From Piedraia hortae CBS 480.64 (taxonomy: Eukaryota), in the NCBI GenBank assembly GCA_010093745.1, contig MU005962.1:1-64000 (forward strand): 64,000 bases of DNA. The letters run 5' to 3'. The position numbers and the translations under genes are program-made. Positions within the stretch are counted from its first letter, which is position 1, and each line of letters starts with the position of its first letter. This document shows positions 22,729-35,775 of this stretch, one piece after another. The notes beneath the pieces were generated by a model. The model did not search any database and was not told the origin of the DNA. It saw only the letters and a program-made list of their open reading frames with translations.

Positions 22729-24009
22729 ATGGCAAAAGGAAGCAAGCTAAAGGCCGCATTAGACCGCCATCGCGGGGTTCACTATGAGCTTCAGCGTCAG
22801 AAGAAGCTGCAGAAGCAAGCACGAAAGCGCAAGCGCGCCACCGACGAGGAAAAGCCCGATCGCGTTGCAGAGGAATTGGCGGCGGACGTCGCTGAGGCTG
22901 ACGAGTCAGCAGACGGCTGGCAATCGGACGAAGAGGATAATGAGGAAGGGAGTGTGGCTATGGTAGATGGATCGTCCAGCTCCGAAGAGGACGAGGGCGA
23001 CGAAACATTCTACACCGCATTCGGAGGCTCGCCGGAGAAACAACTCAATGTATATGGTGGTGCCTGCCAAGGGCAAAAGGACGACGAAGACGACGAGGAT
23101 GATGAAGATGCGGAGGGAGGCATTCCCCTTTCCGATCTTGAATCTCTCGCCTCTGAAGATCGCGACGACCTCATCCCCCATCAGAGGCTGACAATAAACA
23201 ACACAGCCGCCCTACAGCGCTGTCTCAAATCCTTCGCCTTACCCTCTTCCCTACCCTTTTCGGCTATGCAGGTCGTAATGTCCTCAGAACCGGTGACTAT
23301 CAACGATGTAAACGATGACGGCGAACGAGAAAAAGTCATTACAGCACAGGCACAATATGCCGCCAATTACGGACGCGCAAGGCTCAAGGCTGAAGGCGTT
23401 CCTTTCACGCGGCCGAGCGACTACTTTGCGGAAATGGTCAAGACCGAAGCACAAATGGGTAAGATCAAGGACAAGATGCGCGAAGATGCGGCCAGGAAAC
23501 AAGCTAGCATAGATGCGCGAAAGCAAAGAGATCTGAAGAAGTTTGGCAAGGCAACCCAAGTGAGCAAACTGCAGGAGAGAGCACGCGAGAAGAAGGAAAC
23601 GTTGGAAAAGGTCAAGAGCCTTAAGAGGAGTAAGTGCTACAGGCTGAGGATGAATCTTCCCTGCTAACCACGTGTGTCTACAGAGCGCCAAGGTGCAGAT
23701 CTCACAACGAACGAAGAGGAGCTCTTTGATGTCGCGCTGGAGGATGCAGCCGAGACTCAGATAAAGAATCGTGAAGAGCGTAGAGGTAAGGCTCAGATCC
23801 AGCCACACGGCAGGAGTCAGGGCCAAGGGAAAGGAGCAAAACGCCAGAAGAAGGACGAGAAGTTTGGATATGGTGGCAAGAAGAGGTTTGCAAAGTCGAA
23901 TGATGCTCGCTCGGCCGCCGATGTAAGCGGGTACAATCCTAGGAAGATGAAGGGCAAAAAGGACACGAAAAGACTAGGCAAAAGTCGAAGAGCAGCGAAG
24001 CAGAAGTAG
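22729..24009 (+). CDS. EBP2: rRNA-processing protein Ebp2
   Basis: RPSDYFAEMVK, RDLKKFGKATQV, KDEKFGYGGKKRFAKSND, RLGKSRR; intron 23630-23683. Confidence 0.95.
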
Positions 24010-24504
24010 AGTGTGACCATGATACGTGTGCCATTGCGTCTGGGGCTTTCCTGGTTATCATCTCCATTCTTTCCACCACATCAGTTCGACCTTGTGATGC
24101 CGCGTAATCCTACTTAGACCTCCTAAATTTGGTCTCTACTGGTTGTCCTTATCAAAGGTCATCGGCCGACCGTGCATGCATAATTTGCAGGAGCAGCATG
24201 AGTGGCACTCAGTGGTTGAATGATCGCTGCAGCTATTCCTGAGTGTATATACCCGCCAGCTTGCCCTTATAGATGATACTGTCTGAGGTACATTACAGAG
24301 GTTTTTTTTTCCGTAAAGAAGCTCCGACTATCCAGTATGCGCCATAGTAATCATATTCGACGGTATTGTGTAGGTAATAGTGGTAAAAGTCTGGCAGAAG
24401 GTTAGATGATGTCATACCTAGCTTCCCCACATAGTCGTGTGTGCAACATCCACACATCCACACATCCACACATTCACACATCCTAAAGAACTAATTACAA
24501 CAAA

Positions 24505-25161
24505 ATGATGCTCACAATGCTCTGGCTACTATCAGTTTTAATGGCTAGCGTAATACTGGCCTCCTCACCCTCTAGAGGAGAAACGAACGACCAAGTAGCC
24601 GTACCCAGCCATAAAGGACTTTACTTTGGATACGGCTCCAATCTATGGCGTACGCAAATGGAGCAACGCTGCCCCACATCTGAATTTCTTGGCATCGCAC
24701 GTCTGGATGGCTATCGCTGGATCATCAACAAGCGAGGGTACGCCAACGTGGTGCAGTTTAACCTCACAGACCCTCACACGGGATACCCCACGAACGACAC
24801 TACTGACAACGATGTAGTCTGGGGCGCTGTCTATTACTTAAACAAACAAGAAGAAGCGAAATTGGATCGTGAAGAGCATGTCCCGTGGGCATACACCAAA
24901 GAGTATATGCCGGTGAAGTTTTGGCCGAAAAATACAAGAGAGCCGAGCATTAAAGACCTTCCAATGTTGGTCTATATAGATCGGAAGAGAGTCGTTCCTG
25001 GCAAGCCAAGAAAGGAGTATCTATATCGCATGAACATGGCCATCAGAGATGCGTTGCAAGAGAGGATTCCGAGGAAGTATGTGGACAAGTATCTGAGAAA
25101 GTATATTCAGGAGGATTGGTGGAGATGTGACAACCCATGGCGCTACCCGTGCAATATCTGA
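24505..25161 (+). CDS. Gamma-glutamylcyclotransferase-fold protein with predicted signal peptide
   Basis: LYFGYGSNL, MEQRCP, VWGAVY, LDREEHV, PRKEY motifs; hydrophobic N-terminus MMLTMLWLLSVLMASVILA. Confidence 0.85.
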   Translation: MMLTMLWLLSVLMASVILASSPSRGETNDQVAVPSHKGLYFGYGSNLWRTQMEQRCPTSEFLGIARLDGYRWIINKRGYANVVQFNLTDPHTGYPTNDTTDNDVVWGAVYYLNKQEEAKLDREEHVPWAYTKEYMPVKFWPKNTREPSIKDLPMLVYIDRKRVVPGKPRKEYLYRMNMAIRDALQERIPRKYVDKYLRKYIQEDWWRCDNPWRYPCNI

Positions 25162-25223
25162 TAGATAGTTCACGGTAACGAAGAAGTGGGCAGTACGCCG
25201 GGCTCACGGACTTACGGCTAGCG

Positions 25224-25736
25224 ATGGACATCACTGTTGAAAGTATAGGAAGACGTCGCGCACAACAGGAGACGATGAGCGGTTGCGCCCACTTCTTAAC
25301 AAGATGGCGCGCCCGGATACAGTTCCTTATTTTTGATTGTTTGTCTATAAGGGACCTAATGTTGTCACAAATATATAAGATACCTACAACTCTACTTGGA
25401 CGGAAAGTAACTGACAAATTCTTCCTCCACTTCGCTGGAGAAGTATTACCCACCTCCTTACTCATTTAATCTGTCACGAAAACCTCTCAGCATCGATCTA
25501 TTGAAATGCCATTTGCTCTTTTACCATCTTCTTGGGCTCTGAAAGACATTGAAGCGTATGGGGATGCCGAGACATTTTTAACAATTCTTTGTTTCTTGGC
25601 CTACAATGACATTGTCTTTTCTAAGAAGACATCTTCCGACTCATGTCATACCATTGACAAAGGAAGAATGGCCTTGACCTTAGTGACAAGGCATTGTGAA
25701 TACGTTGACATTGTCCCTAGGTCAGACGTGCTATAG
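25224..25736 (+). pseudogene. Possible F-box gene remnant
   Basis: RIQFLIFDCLSIRDLMLSQIYK resembles the F-box consensus; ORF broken. Confidence 0.3.
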
Positions 25737-25916
25737 CAACAACACATCAATAACGCGGTGGTGTTAATTCATTGTGAGTGCCATCCTCAGCAATATAAGC
25801 ATGTTCCTAAAATCCTCTTCCAGCTCAAGCAACTTCCTACCTCATATCGTTCCCCATCATCATACCAACAACACTCATTTAACTTCTTTCTAATACTACC
25901 TGTCCTACTATCAACG

Positions 25917-27254
25917 ATGAATGCATCCAACAGAAGTGAAGCGGGAAATGACAATGCCGAAGGCCCCCAGAAGCAGTCGGAAAACTTCGATCCAACTTTG
26001 AACGACAGCGCAATGGACTTCTCGGACATTGACTGGAATGATCCGTTCCCAGGTCTCGACCTTCAACCATCAGCTGATGGCTCGGACATAGACACTGAAG
26101 GCATTCGTGAAGCTATCGCCTCGTTTGGCGCTGAAACGGCCAACGGTGACAACCAGAGCAATTCTATTGAGGGTCTAAGCCAGGGCTCTGAGTTACTATT
26201 CGACCAAGAGATGAGCAATGCGTCTGAAAACCAAATGCAACAGGCAATCCCAGCCGGTAGTCAGTCTCAGGAGCCCCTTGCTCAGCAGAATTCTCCAAGT
26301 GGACTAGACAGACCCGGACTCGCACTCCCGAAGCCCCAGCATGCAAACGCAGTGGACGCATCTTTTGCAGTTGGCCCTGGAGTCTCGAAGGAACACACGT
26401 TTCCCCAGCTTCCGATCTTTGAGCTCTGGATCGCTGCTGGCGGTCACCACCAGGTCCAAATTCCCAATCAGCCGGTGCATCCACCTCTACCCACATCGGC
26501 GAGATCGGCTCCGTATTCTCACACCCCTGCTCCAGCCAGCAACAATGCCGCCCATTCGGCACCCAGGAACCGCAAGAAGCAGGAACGGCCCAACATCCAC
26601 GCTTGTCCTTGGAGATGCCTCGACGAGAATGGCAACATCCGTCGCTTCAACTGCGCCCATAACGTTGCTCAGCACGTCCGAGCCAAGCACACTCACGAAA
26701 AGCCCCACAAGTGTCACCTATGTCCAGACCACGAAGGGTTCAGCCGCCCGGGGTGTTTGTACCGCCATCAGCGCCAGGTGCATAAGATGGAAGTCGTCAT
26801 CACTCGAAAGACGCGCAACCGTGTGCATATCGATGTGCCACCTGAGAACCAGGACGGTGATGACGGTTTCACCGGTCCAGCCAACGTCCCATACCAGACA
26901 GCGCCACACTCTACCATGCAGTACACTGCCAACACAAATCCTCCCGACGGGTACGGTTACCCCCATCATGATACGCAGATGCAGGGATATACGCAGGCTG
27001 TGCCTGTCCAGTACCCCACTCACATTGCCTACCCTGCCCAATCGTCTGGCATACAGTTTGATAACTCTTCCCAGGCAAGCCCGGACGCTGCCATCCAGTA
27101 TTATCCCCAGGAGCAGGACAACGGACGAGTTCCTGCGGCCGCTGGATTCACAATGGCTGAACAGATTAGCCAGAGTATTGAACAAGCGATCATACGCGAA
27201 ATTCGCGAGAAGCAGGCCAAGGACGTGATTTCGATTGATCCCAGGCTGCTTTGA
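25917..27254 (+). CDS. C2H2 zinc-finger transcription factor
   Basis: CPWRC..HVRAKH, THEKPH linker, CHLC..HQRQVH; acidic and Q/P-rich flanks. Confidence 0.85.
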   Translation: MNASNRSEAGNDNAEGPQKQSENFDPTLNDSAMDFSDIDWNDPFPGLDLQPSADGSDIDTEGIREAIASFGAETANGDNQSNSIEGLSQGSELLFDQEMSNASENQMQQAIPAGSQSQEPLAQQNSPSGLDRPGLALPKPQHANAVDASFAVGPGVSKEHTFPQLPIFELWIAAGGHHQVQIPNQPVHPPLPTSARSAPYSHTPAPASNNAAHSAPRNRKKQERPNIHACPWRCLDENGNIRRFNCAHNVAQHVRAKHTHEKPHKCHLCPDHEGFSRPGCLYRHQRQVHKMEVVITRKTRNRVHIDVPPENQDGDDGFTGPANVPYQTAPHSTMQYTANTNPPDGYGYPHHDTQMQGYTQAVPVQYPTHIAYPAQSSGIQFDNSSQASPDAAIQYYPQEQDNGRVPAAAGFTMAEQISQSIEQAIIREIREKQAKDVISIDPRLL

Positions 27255-27785
27255 TAGTCCTGAAAGGTCGGGGAAAAGGTTTGATGGAGGAACTGGAATT
27301 TGAACGAGACTGGGGATTGGAAACGGACTGGTATTGGCTACCACCGGTTTTACATATATTAGGCTCGTATTGCTAGTTCATGAGTGTAGGATGCTGTGAT
27401 CTTCTGAGAAATAAATTTGCCAGAGAGAGCACTGATTGGCTGTCAACTGTGAGAATGAAACAAACGTGACGATATCAATGACATGCTGCAGATTCTGGCG
27501 ACTCGACCAAGGTAGTTGAAGCAAAGAGAAAGGCTTCAACATCAACATGCAAGAACGTCATCGCACCAAGGCGACCCATGAGAATTAAACCACCCTTACT
27601 AAATAGAGAGTTACTTAGGGTTTAATAACAGGTAGGTCCCAACACTGTACACAGAAAGAATGGAAGAATTGGACCGCCTGACATTTTCTGAACTGAACGG
27701 TGAACTACTACATCGCTTGCAAACCCACTCATTCCTCAAACCTACTTGGCATTTCTGCATGAACCTTCTGCCATGGTTGAGTGAC

Positions 27786-28092
27786 TGTCAGAAGGATGTG
27801 GCACCCACCATGACCAGAACTATAGATAGGAGTCGAAACTTCTCAGGGTTTTTACCTCTATAAAGGAAGTTTTCCCTGAGACGGGTCATTGTCTCGTTCA
27901 TGCTTAAGGGCATGGTTCGCTGACGTTGTCCTGGCAAATGCGGTTAGACTGAGGTAGTGTGGGGGAGATATCGAACCTCACCTCATAGATATAGACATCT
28001 ACATTTCACCTTCTTCAGTAAAAGTTAAGTGAAAGCTTTTGTCATTGATATCCACTCCACTCTAGTCCTCAGAGGTTCACCCCCCTCCGACA
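27786..28092. mobile_element. Solo LTR (307 bp), TSD GTGAC; same family as 11842-12146, opposite orientation
   Basis: TGTCA...CGACA termini; GTGAC at 27781-85 and 28093-97. Confidence 0.92.
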
Positions 28093-28829
28093 GTGACCTA
28101 TTACCCACAAACTTGTAACTCTTCACGTTCCGATTCATCCATTGAAGTCTTTGCCCCTTTGACGGTTATTTCGCTCCTGTGCCTTTTGGCCATCCTTATA
28201 CTAGTCTGTGGCTTTTCTGACGGTCGAACTGTCGGGCGATCCAAGAAAATTCGCTGGGTGTCCCGGAGAGCCTCCCACAGCTTGGCCCTGTATATCTAAT
28301 GTCCTTCGGGAAACTTTGCTCAAGCCTCCCCAGTTTTGGTCCACTGCTGCGTCTTTGTTCTCCTCTGGGGACTTATCTTCCACCTATTATCGAACTCGGA
28401 GCCTGAACTATCCAAGCCGCGCGGCAGTGCGTGAAGTTCTCTCCGGCGGGCATATCACCCTCCAATACCAGCTCCGGAGGGCGCCCGGGTAGCCCAGCAG
28501 TACCATCCCTAGTAGCCCTCGAAACCTGAACTGTCGAAACCGTGCCTCCAAGGGATTTCTCCCGATAATAATACCACCATCTTCTTTCTCAGTAACTCGT
28601 CGAGATCTGAACAACCGGAACCATACTGCTCACCTAGAGATCTTCACCTGTGGAAATCTTATCTTCCACGACTTGACTCGCTGCTGCATTGCTTTCCTCC
28701 TGGGAAGGCCCACTGCCCTCTTCTTCTCCCTCCCCGAGAATCGTTTCGAGAACATGGGACTGCGTGATACCTGCTGGTCCGGGAGTTTCTATGCATCTTG
28801 CAGCATTGATCAGTGTTTCCTTTCAAGGT

Positions 28830-30996
28830 CTAGAGGCTTGGGGCCTGTGGCACAGAGGCGCTTGGCAATGATGGGCAAGAAGAGTCTCGGGATGGCAAGA
28901 AATGAGGAGGGAAGACAACTTTAGTGAGAAAAGGAAGATAGTCCTTGAATGGACTTAAATGGCGGTTAAATACGCTAGACAAGCTCAGACACGAAGAGTA
29001 AGCCGAGTTGGTAGGGAAGGGTGCTTAGGGAGGGAGGAGCTGTGCCGGACGAGAAGATGTAATTGAAGGCATCATAGAAATGGAAACTGGGTTAGCAGAA
29101 ATTGTTGAGAGATGCGGGTCGCGCTAGGCCTACTGTGCAAACAGGCATGGAAGATGGGGTGGACCTCGGGCCGAGCCTAAGAGGGTTGAGTTTTAAATCA
29201 CGACGAAAAGTGAAGGTGCAGTGCGGGGCGAAGAAATGCAATGCATAGCATCCGAAAAATCTGCTGGATTACCAAGCGATACTGCTACACCTTATAAGGT
29301 GGTTGCAGCGATCCGTCTAATGCAGGTGAGATCGATTTGCCATATCTCAAACTTTCACGCCAAACCAAAAGTCAATATAGTCGGCTCCAGGCTATCCTCC
29401 ACGACTTTTTCGACCACTCTCGGCCATACTTTGAACCAAAACTCAATTTTACTGGTTGAACTTATCTCTATATCAACCACGTAACCAGATATGTATCCAG
29501 CAACGGGGGCCACCCCAAAACTTCCTGGGCCATCGATTCTTCCAGCCAACCATTTGAGTCCAAGTTGAGTCTGAGTAAAACACCAATCTTCTGGTTCCAG
29601 AAGCAACAATCACCCAAGCGGCATATTCCACCCAACCAGACGATGGTTCACAGACTTCAGTCTTCTCGGCGTCTATAGTAAGAGCCACATGTGATCTTCT
29701 TACCCGCGAGCAACCCGTTTCAATATCGCTGGGCACGCCAGCCAAAGATGATGAGACCCGTGGTGTATAAACCGAATCACAATGCGCAAAATTGATGATA
29801 TTCATGTTGGCATGAAGTCTCGTTGCTATCAGTGTACGATGCCACTGCGCGACAACTCTTACACCAGCAGCTGCACCCTAGGTTTTGTCCTCACAGAGTT
29901 TTCCCTCAGGGTCATGTCGCATGCGACATGGTGAATGCGCCCTGCTACTGTTTGAGGTGAGTCATGGAGTAAGACTGCATGCTGACAGTCCTACTGCATG
30001 CTGACAGTCTTACTGCATGCTGACAGTCTTACTGCATGTATAACCACTTGCTTACGGTCATACAATTGATGACTCTTCATACGAGGCTACGCATGAGCCT
30101 TCCAGCCCAGAATATGTTCTCTGATGTCCCCTCGTAGATACACTTGTATTCACTCATAAACACATCTCTACTCTTCATCCATCGTTCTCACTCGTACATA
30201 CCATCTGTTTTTTCAATTCATTGCTGATTCCTAATTTCACTTCACAACCTATGTGATTAAGCGGTCGTGCAGAGGTTAGAAATGCAGACATGGGCCTATC
30301 ACTATTCATGAATGTAAATTACCAAGTGTTTCTTGCGAAAAAAAATTGTCAAAAGACCAACCCTCTTGCAGCAGATGGGTTGGTCCCAAAGCAGGAAAGT
30401 TATACAACTCATTCCACCATCTACATTCAAGCCTATATATAGCGAATCTGCAGAATTTCATCCCTCAATCAATGACTCTACCAGCACTTCTCTTTAACAA
30501 CTGGCTCAGTCTAAGCACTCATTGGTATATGTACCATCCATAACCCTTGATCCGTCACGTACGGCCATAGGTTGCAGAAAACAGAGGATCCCGTCCGCTC
30601 TCCTGAACTTAAGCTGCAAACCGGCGGATTAGTACTACGGTGGGTGACCACGTGGGAATCCCCGCTGCTGTACGTTTTGTTTTTCTTTTTTGCACCTTTG
30701 CCTGATTTTCACAAGGCGTCTCTCACGGATTATAATCCTAACGTGTTGATTGACGTATGAAAAAACGACGGTGTATCCTTTCTCATTGTTCTTTCTGCCT
30801 TCACGGGCGTACGCCCTCATTGCCCTCTAACGCAAGATATAGAACGGAGAAAAAGAGCTACATGCAGGGGAAAAGTCCACGAGCTTGTACCGCTTCAAAA
30901 GGATGACGGATGGGGATAGTTGCTAGTTCTAAGAACCAGTAGGAGAGCTGGAAGGGACACAAAATTGAAGCATTCGAAGAGAGAAAATAAAACACT
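28830..30996 (+). repeat. Diverged direct paralog of ~320-2114 (WD40 pseudogene and upstream region)
   Basis: Shared anchors: TTAAATGG.GGTTAAA.ACGCTAGACAA, ATGCGGGTCGCGCTAGGCCT, AATGCATAGCATC, AGTCGGCTCCA.GCTAT, TTCTTCCAG.CAACCATTTGAG; near-identical only in the last ~530 bp. Confidence 0.85.
29805..30215. mobile_element. Truncated left arm of the 3275-4702 TIR element
   Basis: Starts at the same TGTTGGCATGAAG terminus and matches 3275-3648; the 19-bp unit ACTGCATGCTGACAGTCTT is present three times here and once in the first copy. Confidence 0.9.
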
Positions 30997-31564
30997 CTAA
31001 CATGTAATTGCTGCCATGGCGTTCACCACTTGTCGAACAACTGGCCTGCATACGGCACCGACTTGGGTGCGAGTCATACCCGGTTCAAGAATCCAATGCC
31101 TGGAGTCTTCTGGCTATTGCTGACGGCCTTAAGCCATCCAGTGTTTCAGGTTCAGTCCCTGACATATTGTTGTCGAATCTTACTTCACCAAATTACTCTG
31201 CCCTCAATCTACTATGTCACCTAGACCATGTCCCCACGGTATATGGATGCCCCTGGTAGCAATATGCCACCCCGATGTAAAAAATGTCGCACTCCTCCTG
31301 GCCAGGCAGCACCTCAAACGACTGGCCTGTCAATGAGGAGCCGCCGGAGTGTAGAATACCGGTTGGCGAGGGATGTGGGTACCCGCTGGACAGGAAGGGT
31401 CAACGCTCTGGGCTTATGACGATGGAGGAAAGGAGCCATACCATATTTTACACTGTCGAAGCTCAGAGATCTGGACGAAGTCCAGTAACACCTTGGAGAA
31501 GACAGTAAGGGTATCGCCTCTTTTTGCTTGATATCATGCAAAGCCTCCCACAGCTTTGTAATAT

Positions 31565-31653
<89 letters not shown>
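31565..31653. repeat. (TAA)~29 microsatellite, the 3' tail of the LINE
   Basis: Read directly; abuts the TSD. Confidence 0.95.
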
Positions 31654-31655
<2 letters not shown>

Positions 31656-34600
31656 CAATTACAGTGCTATATGGATCTCTTGCGGGTCTATGAACACTCA
31701 CACGACTATGATGCCGCGAGTAAAATTCCACCCCAGGCCAGAGGTAGGGGTTTCGAAAACCTCGCATTGACCCTTGATTTTCTATTATCATGATCTTGAG
31801 CCGGTAAAACCATTCCACAACTGTCAATGCTTCCCTTATGGTGGAGAAACTATTATCGTACGCTTGGAAGCGCGTTGAACGCCTCCCACCCCTCCATCTC
31901 CTCATCCTCATTTTCCACCGCCACCCGGAACTGATCCAGCAGGCCGGTGCGCAGCAGCCATCTGGCCGCATACCCGGCTTTGTCCTCGGCTTGCAAGATT
32001 CCGCGTATTCGTGTGGTACCGGTGTTTGCCAGTAGCCACTGGCGGGCTTCGCGTAACGCCGAGCAGAACCCTACAACATGGTCTATGGTCTGTATTTGTG
32101 GACCACATGTGCACTGGGGGCGTACCCCTGGGACGCCTATCCTCGCGAGCCAGTCCCGCAGGCCAAGCACCTCGGTTCTGAGAAGACACAGCGCAGTGGC
32201 TTCATGTTTAGCCAGGCCATCGTATAGGTCTACCTGTTTCTTCTTCCATTGTCCCTGCCAGGTAGCCGCGGTTCGCCCCGGTCTATTTGCCTTCTCTCGT
32301 CATCGCTCCTCCCACTTGGCGTCGAAACACGCTTCTATAGTGTTTGTGTGTTCGTTGTCCCTCATTCTGCTTGCCACCAACCGCGCATCTATCCGTGCAG
32401 CCGACATGGTCGTATCCGGTTGTAGGGGGCACTCTCGGTGCCTTCTTCCTCTTGTTCTGGTTGCTGAACTTTATACCTGCTGTAACGCAGTGCTGATACG
32501 TTTTTTGACATCGTGCATTGCGGTTTGGCCTGCTCTTTCGATCGCCAGTTGGTGCAGATAGATGTCAAGCAGTGCAATGTCGGCTTCATGTTCTATGGCT
32601 GCGACCGGTATCCTTTTATATGCCCCCGTAATCTTGCGAATGCACCGGTTCTGGACCTTCATTAATGGCCTCAGTGCCGACTTCGCCATAGGCTGGCCCA
32701 CCTTTCCTTAACGATCACAACTGAGCTCCGTAAACCATTATCGTTCTCGCCACGGCTGTGTACAATATCCCAGACATTTTTACTGACGGCCCCCAAACCG
32801 ACGACGTTATTCGTGCCATAGATTCGAAAGCTCGCAGTCCCTTCTTTGCCGCCCGCGCTATGTGGTCCTTCCAGAATAGGGCAGAATCCAACCTTACGCC
32901 CAGCACACGTAGCGAGTCGACCAGTTTAACGTCATTTCCTTGAATTTGGATAGTGGACCTGAGGTCTTCGGTGATCCGTCTTTTCTTGGTGAAATGGATT
33001 TGTCAGGTGCAAACTTGACACCATTTCTCTTGGCCCACGCAAGGCATTTCTCGTGTGTTTGCGTCAATCGCCTGCAGTTGTCTTCAGCGCTATTGCTCCA
33101 TGCGACTAGGGTGGTGTCGTCCACAAGCCCGAGACCCAGTAAATTGTCCTCCACCTGCTCGAAGGCGCTCAGGAGATCCGAGATGAAGAAAATGAACAGA
33201 GCGGGCGAGAGGGTTGACCCCTGTTGGGTCCCAGTGGTGGCGCAAAACAACTGACTCTAATAGTCGGAGAAGGAGAGCTTGGTTCTACGACCAGTCAAAA
33301 ATGGCTCTACGATGCCGACCACCCACGGGAAAACCCCTTTTGCCTCCGTTTCCTCAAGAGCCGTTCATGGGAGAAGTTATCAAAAGCCCCAGCAAGGTCC
33401 AAGCCCAGCACGGATACAACGAACTTTTTGGCCTGCCACGCTTTTTCTATAGACCCCGTTAACAGTTCAAGCGCGGAGAGGGTAGATCTCTTCTTTTGGG
33501 CACTCATTTGGTTCCACGGAATTAGTCCCCGTTTTTCAGCATCTTGCGCCATGCGTGTCGCGATCAGTTTTTCGATGAGTTTGGCGAGGGTCTTCTCGAG
33601 CGCAACGGGACGATAGCTGCTTGGCAGCAAGTAGTCCTGTTTTTTGTCCTTACGGAGAACCACAGTGGTGGACTCTTGAGGATGTCGGGGAGCTTTACCT
33701 ATCCTGAATAGCACAGAGACATTTCTTGCCAGGCCTGGTGCGATTACATCCGACAGGGCTTTCAATGCCTTATTGGGGATCATGTCTGGCCCAGGGGCTT
33801 TGCCATTCGGTAACGACCGTATCACTGCACCTACAGTATCTCCTCCTTAGATACTTCCGTAGACATTTCGAATCCGCCTTCATTGTCGCCGGCGATGTCA
33901 CTTAGATCGGCTTCTCCGCTCGGTGGGAAGAATTTCGAGGCAAGTATATCCGCCTTTTGTTCCAAGTCATTGGTCGCCTTACTGTCAGCATAACGCCTGA
34001 GATTTGGTATTACAGCTGCTCCCGCCTGGGCACCGAGGTTCTTTCTGCTCCATTTGCTCATTATCCACAGGCACTTGTTCAACATACCTTTGTCGTCCCT
34101 AGCGTTCCAGCAAACTTTCTCCACCTTGTGCGGCCGTTGCGGCGTACCTCTCGATCAAGGGCGTTACGATTTATCTTCCACTCTTCTTCATCTTCGGCCC
34201 TTCCGTGCCTGCGAAACCTGTTTCGAGCCCGCCGGGAATTTGCCAGTAGCTCCGAAGCTCTGGGAGATCATTCAGGCCGAGACCTGTCGCATGGCTGTGC
34301 AATCTTGCAGTGATTTTTCAGCGCTTCCACGATAGTGCCCAATAAATTTTCAATCGACACTTGAGAGTCTTCGTTTTCCCACGTCTTACACTCAATCTCC
34401 CTACTGATCTCCTCCCATGGTGCGCACTGTATTTCAAATCTGCCAGAGATCCTCGTCCTGAGGGCGGCTTCCGCAATTTGTATCTCGATAGGGAAGTGAT
34501 CTTCCAAGGATACCCACTTCGGCCGAGTCTTGTACATAGTCACTCTCCTAACAACATCTACAGACAAATCCCAGGTCGATTGTACTGTTGCGTTGGCCGC

Positions 34601-35775
34601 GCTTCCGTGTTGGAATCCCTCCCTCGTTGAGCACCTGGAGACTGCGACAGTCCATTTCCACAAGGAGATGATCTGACTTTGGTTCCCTTGCTGTTCCTGG
34701 TCTCCCCAAGCTGGGTGGTGACAACTGAATTCTCCAATTACCAGTACACTTTCATTTGCGATTTCCTCCAAAATCCCTTCGAGTGTTGTCCATATCTCGA
34801 GTCTGTTTGAGACGCAGGTCCTACTGGGTTGTACACATTTACTATATGGAATGGCCCTCGGTGGGTGCTGAATCGGATGTGCTTCACGTGATCTGATGCC
34901 CGTTTGAAGTTGCCAGTCCGTTAATTGGATCTTATCATATAGCAGGATTAGCGTTCTTATACCATAGTGGATCGGGCGAGCGGATCGATAATTTTTGGTA
35001 TGTATGTTGTGTTCCTCTCCGTTATCATTAGCTCTTATATAGCCAGTATCGGCTCCAACGAGTCGAACACCTCTCTAGCGCATCTATTATTGGCCTTTCC
35101 ACAGTTATATTGTAGTATCGTTGTTCCTAACACTGAGTAGGAGTATTTGCCATGTCCACGTTGTTTGGTTTGGTTACAGCGTCGCGTTGGTCCCCCGACC
35201 CTACCCCAGGTTGACCAGGCGCTGGAGTGGCCGGAGCGGGGGCACTCCTTATGCGCGCAGGAGGTGCAAATGTAGAAGGCACGGGCAGGGTGGATGGTGT
35301 AGCACTGGGTCGCGGCTTAGTGACGGGATCGGCACCCGCCACAGCAACTGCGATATGTAATGCCCCAGCAGCAGTTGCATTCAAGAATCCTGGTGCACGC
35401 CCATGAGTACTCGGTGAGCTGGCCAGGCCGAAGATGTTGTCTAGGGTGGAAAAAGGTAAGGACAATTGTGTCTGGCCCTTGGCCCTGGCCGCCGTTGTGG
35501 AGCCGACTGGTTTGTCCGGTGCGGCGTGCTTACGTTTCCGTGAGCCGCCCTTTAGCCCGCCATGGTGATAGGGCTTTCGAATCGCGTTAACTTGGGTCTA
35601 CACAGCTTCCGCTAGCTTCCTATAGCATTTTTATTTTGATGCGTTTTAAGTCTATATATGTCCCTATGGAGCGCTAGACGGAGTATCAAAAATTCTCGGC
35701 TTTCTATAGCACGCAATGGCGAGAAAGCTGTTCCCAACTAAGGGTCACGTGACCAGGATTGTTATCTCGTTCCAG
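31565..35775 (-). mobile_element. Tad1-like LINE, degenerate, ORF1 largely missing, 13-bp TSD
   Basis: TSD AGCTTTGTAATAT (31552-64, 35776-88); endonuclease IGEFSCHHPAWG, DHFPI; RT KAPGPDMIPN, YRPVAL, LDLAGAFDN, GTQQGSTLSPALF, LVDD; C-terminal CTCG..HVVGFC; 3' (TTA)n tail. Confidence 0.93.

Noticed and set aside
24447..24483. (ACACATCC)n short repeat upstream of the GGCT gene
   Set aside because: About four copies of a simple repeat; not telomeric and no evidence of function.
28269..28283. 15-mer AGCCTCCCACAGCTT shared with ~31542-31556
   Set aside because: One or two such matches are expected by chance in 64 kb, and the match does not extend.
31314..31971. Poly-Tyr, poly-Ile and poly-Leu ORFs
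   Set aside because: Translations of the (TAA)n LINE tail, not proteins.
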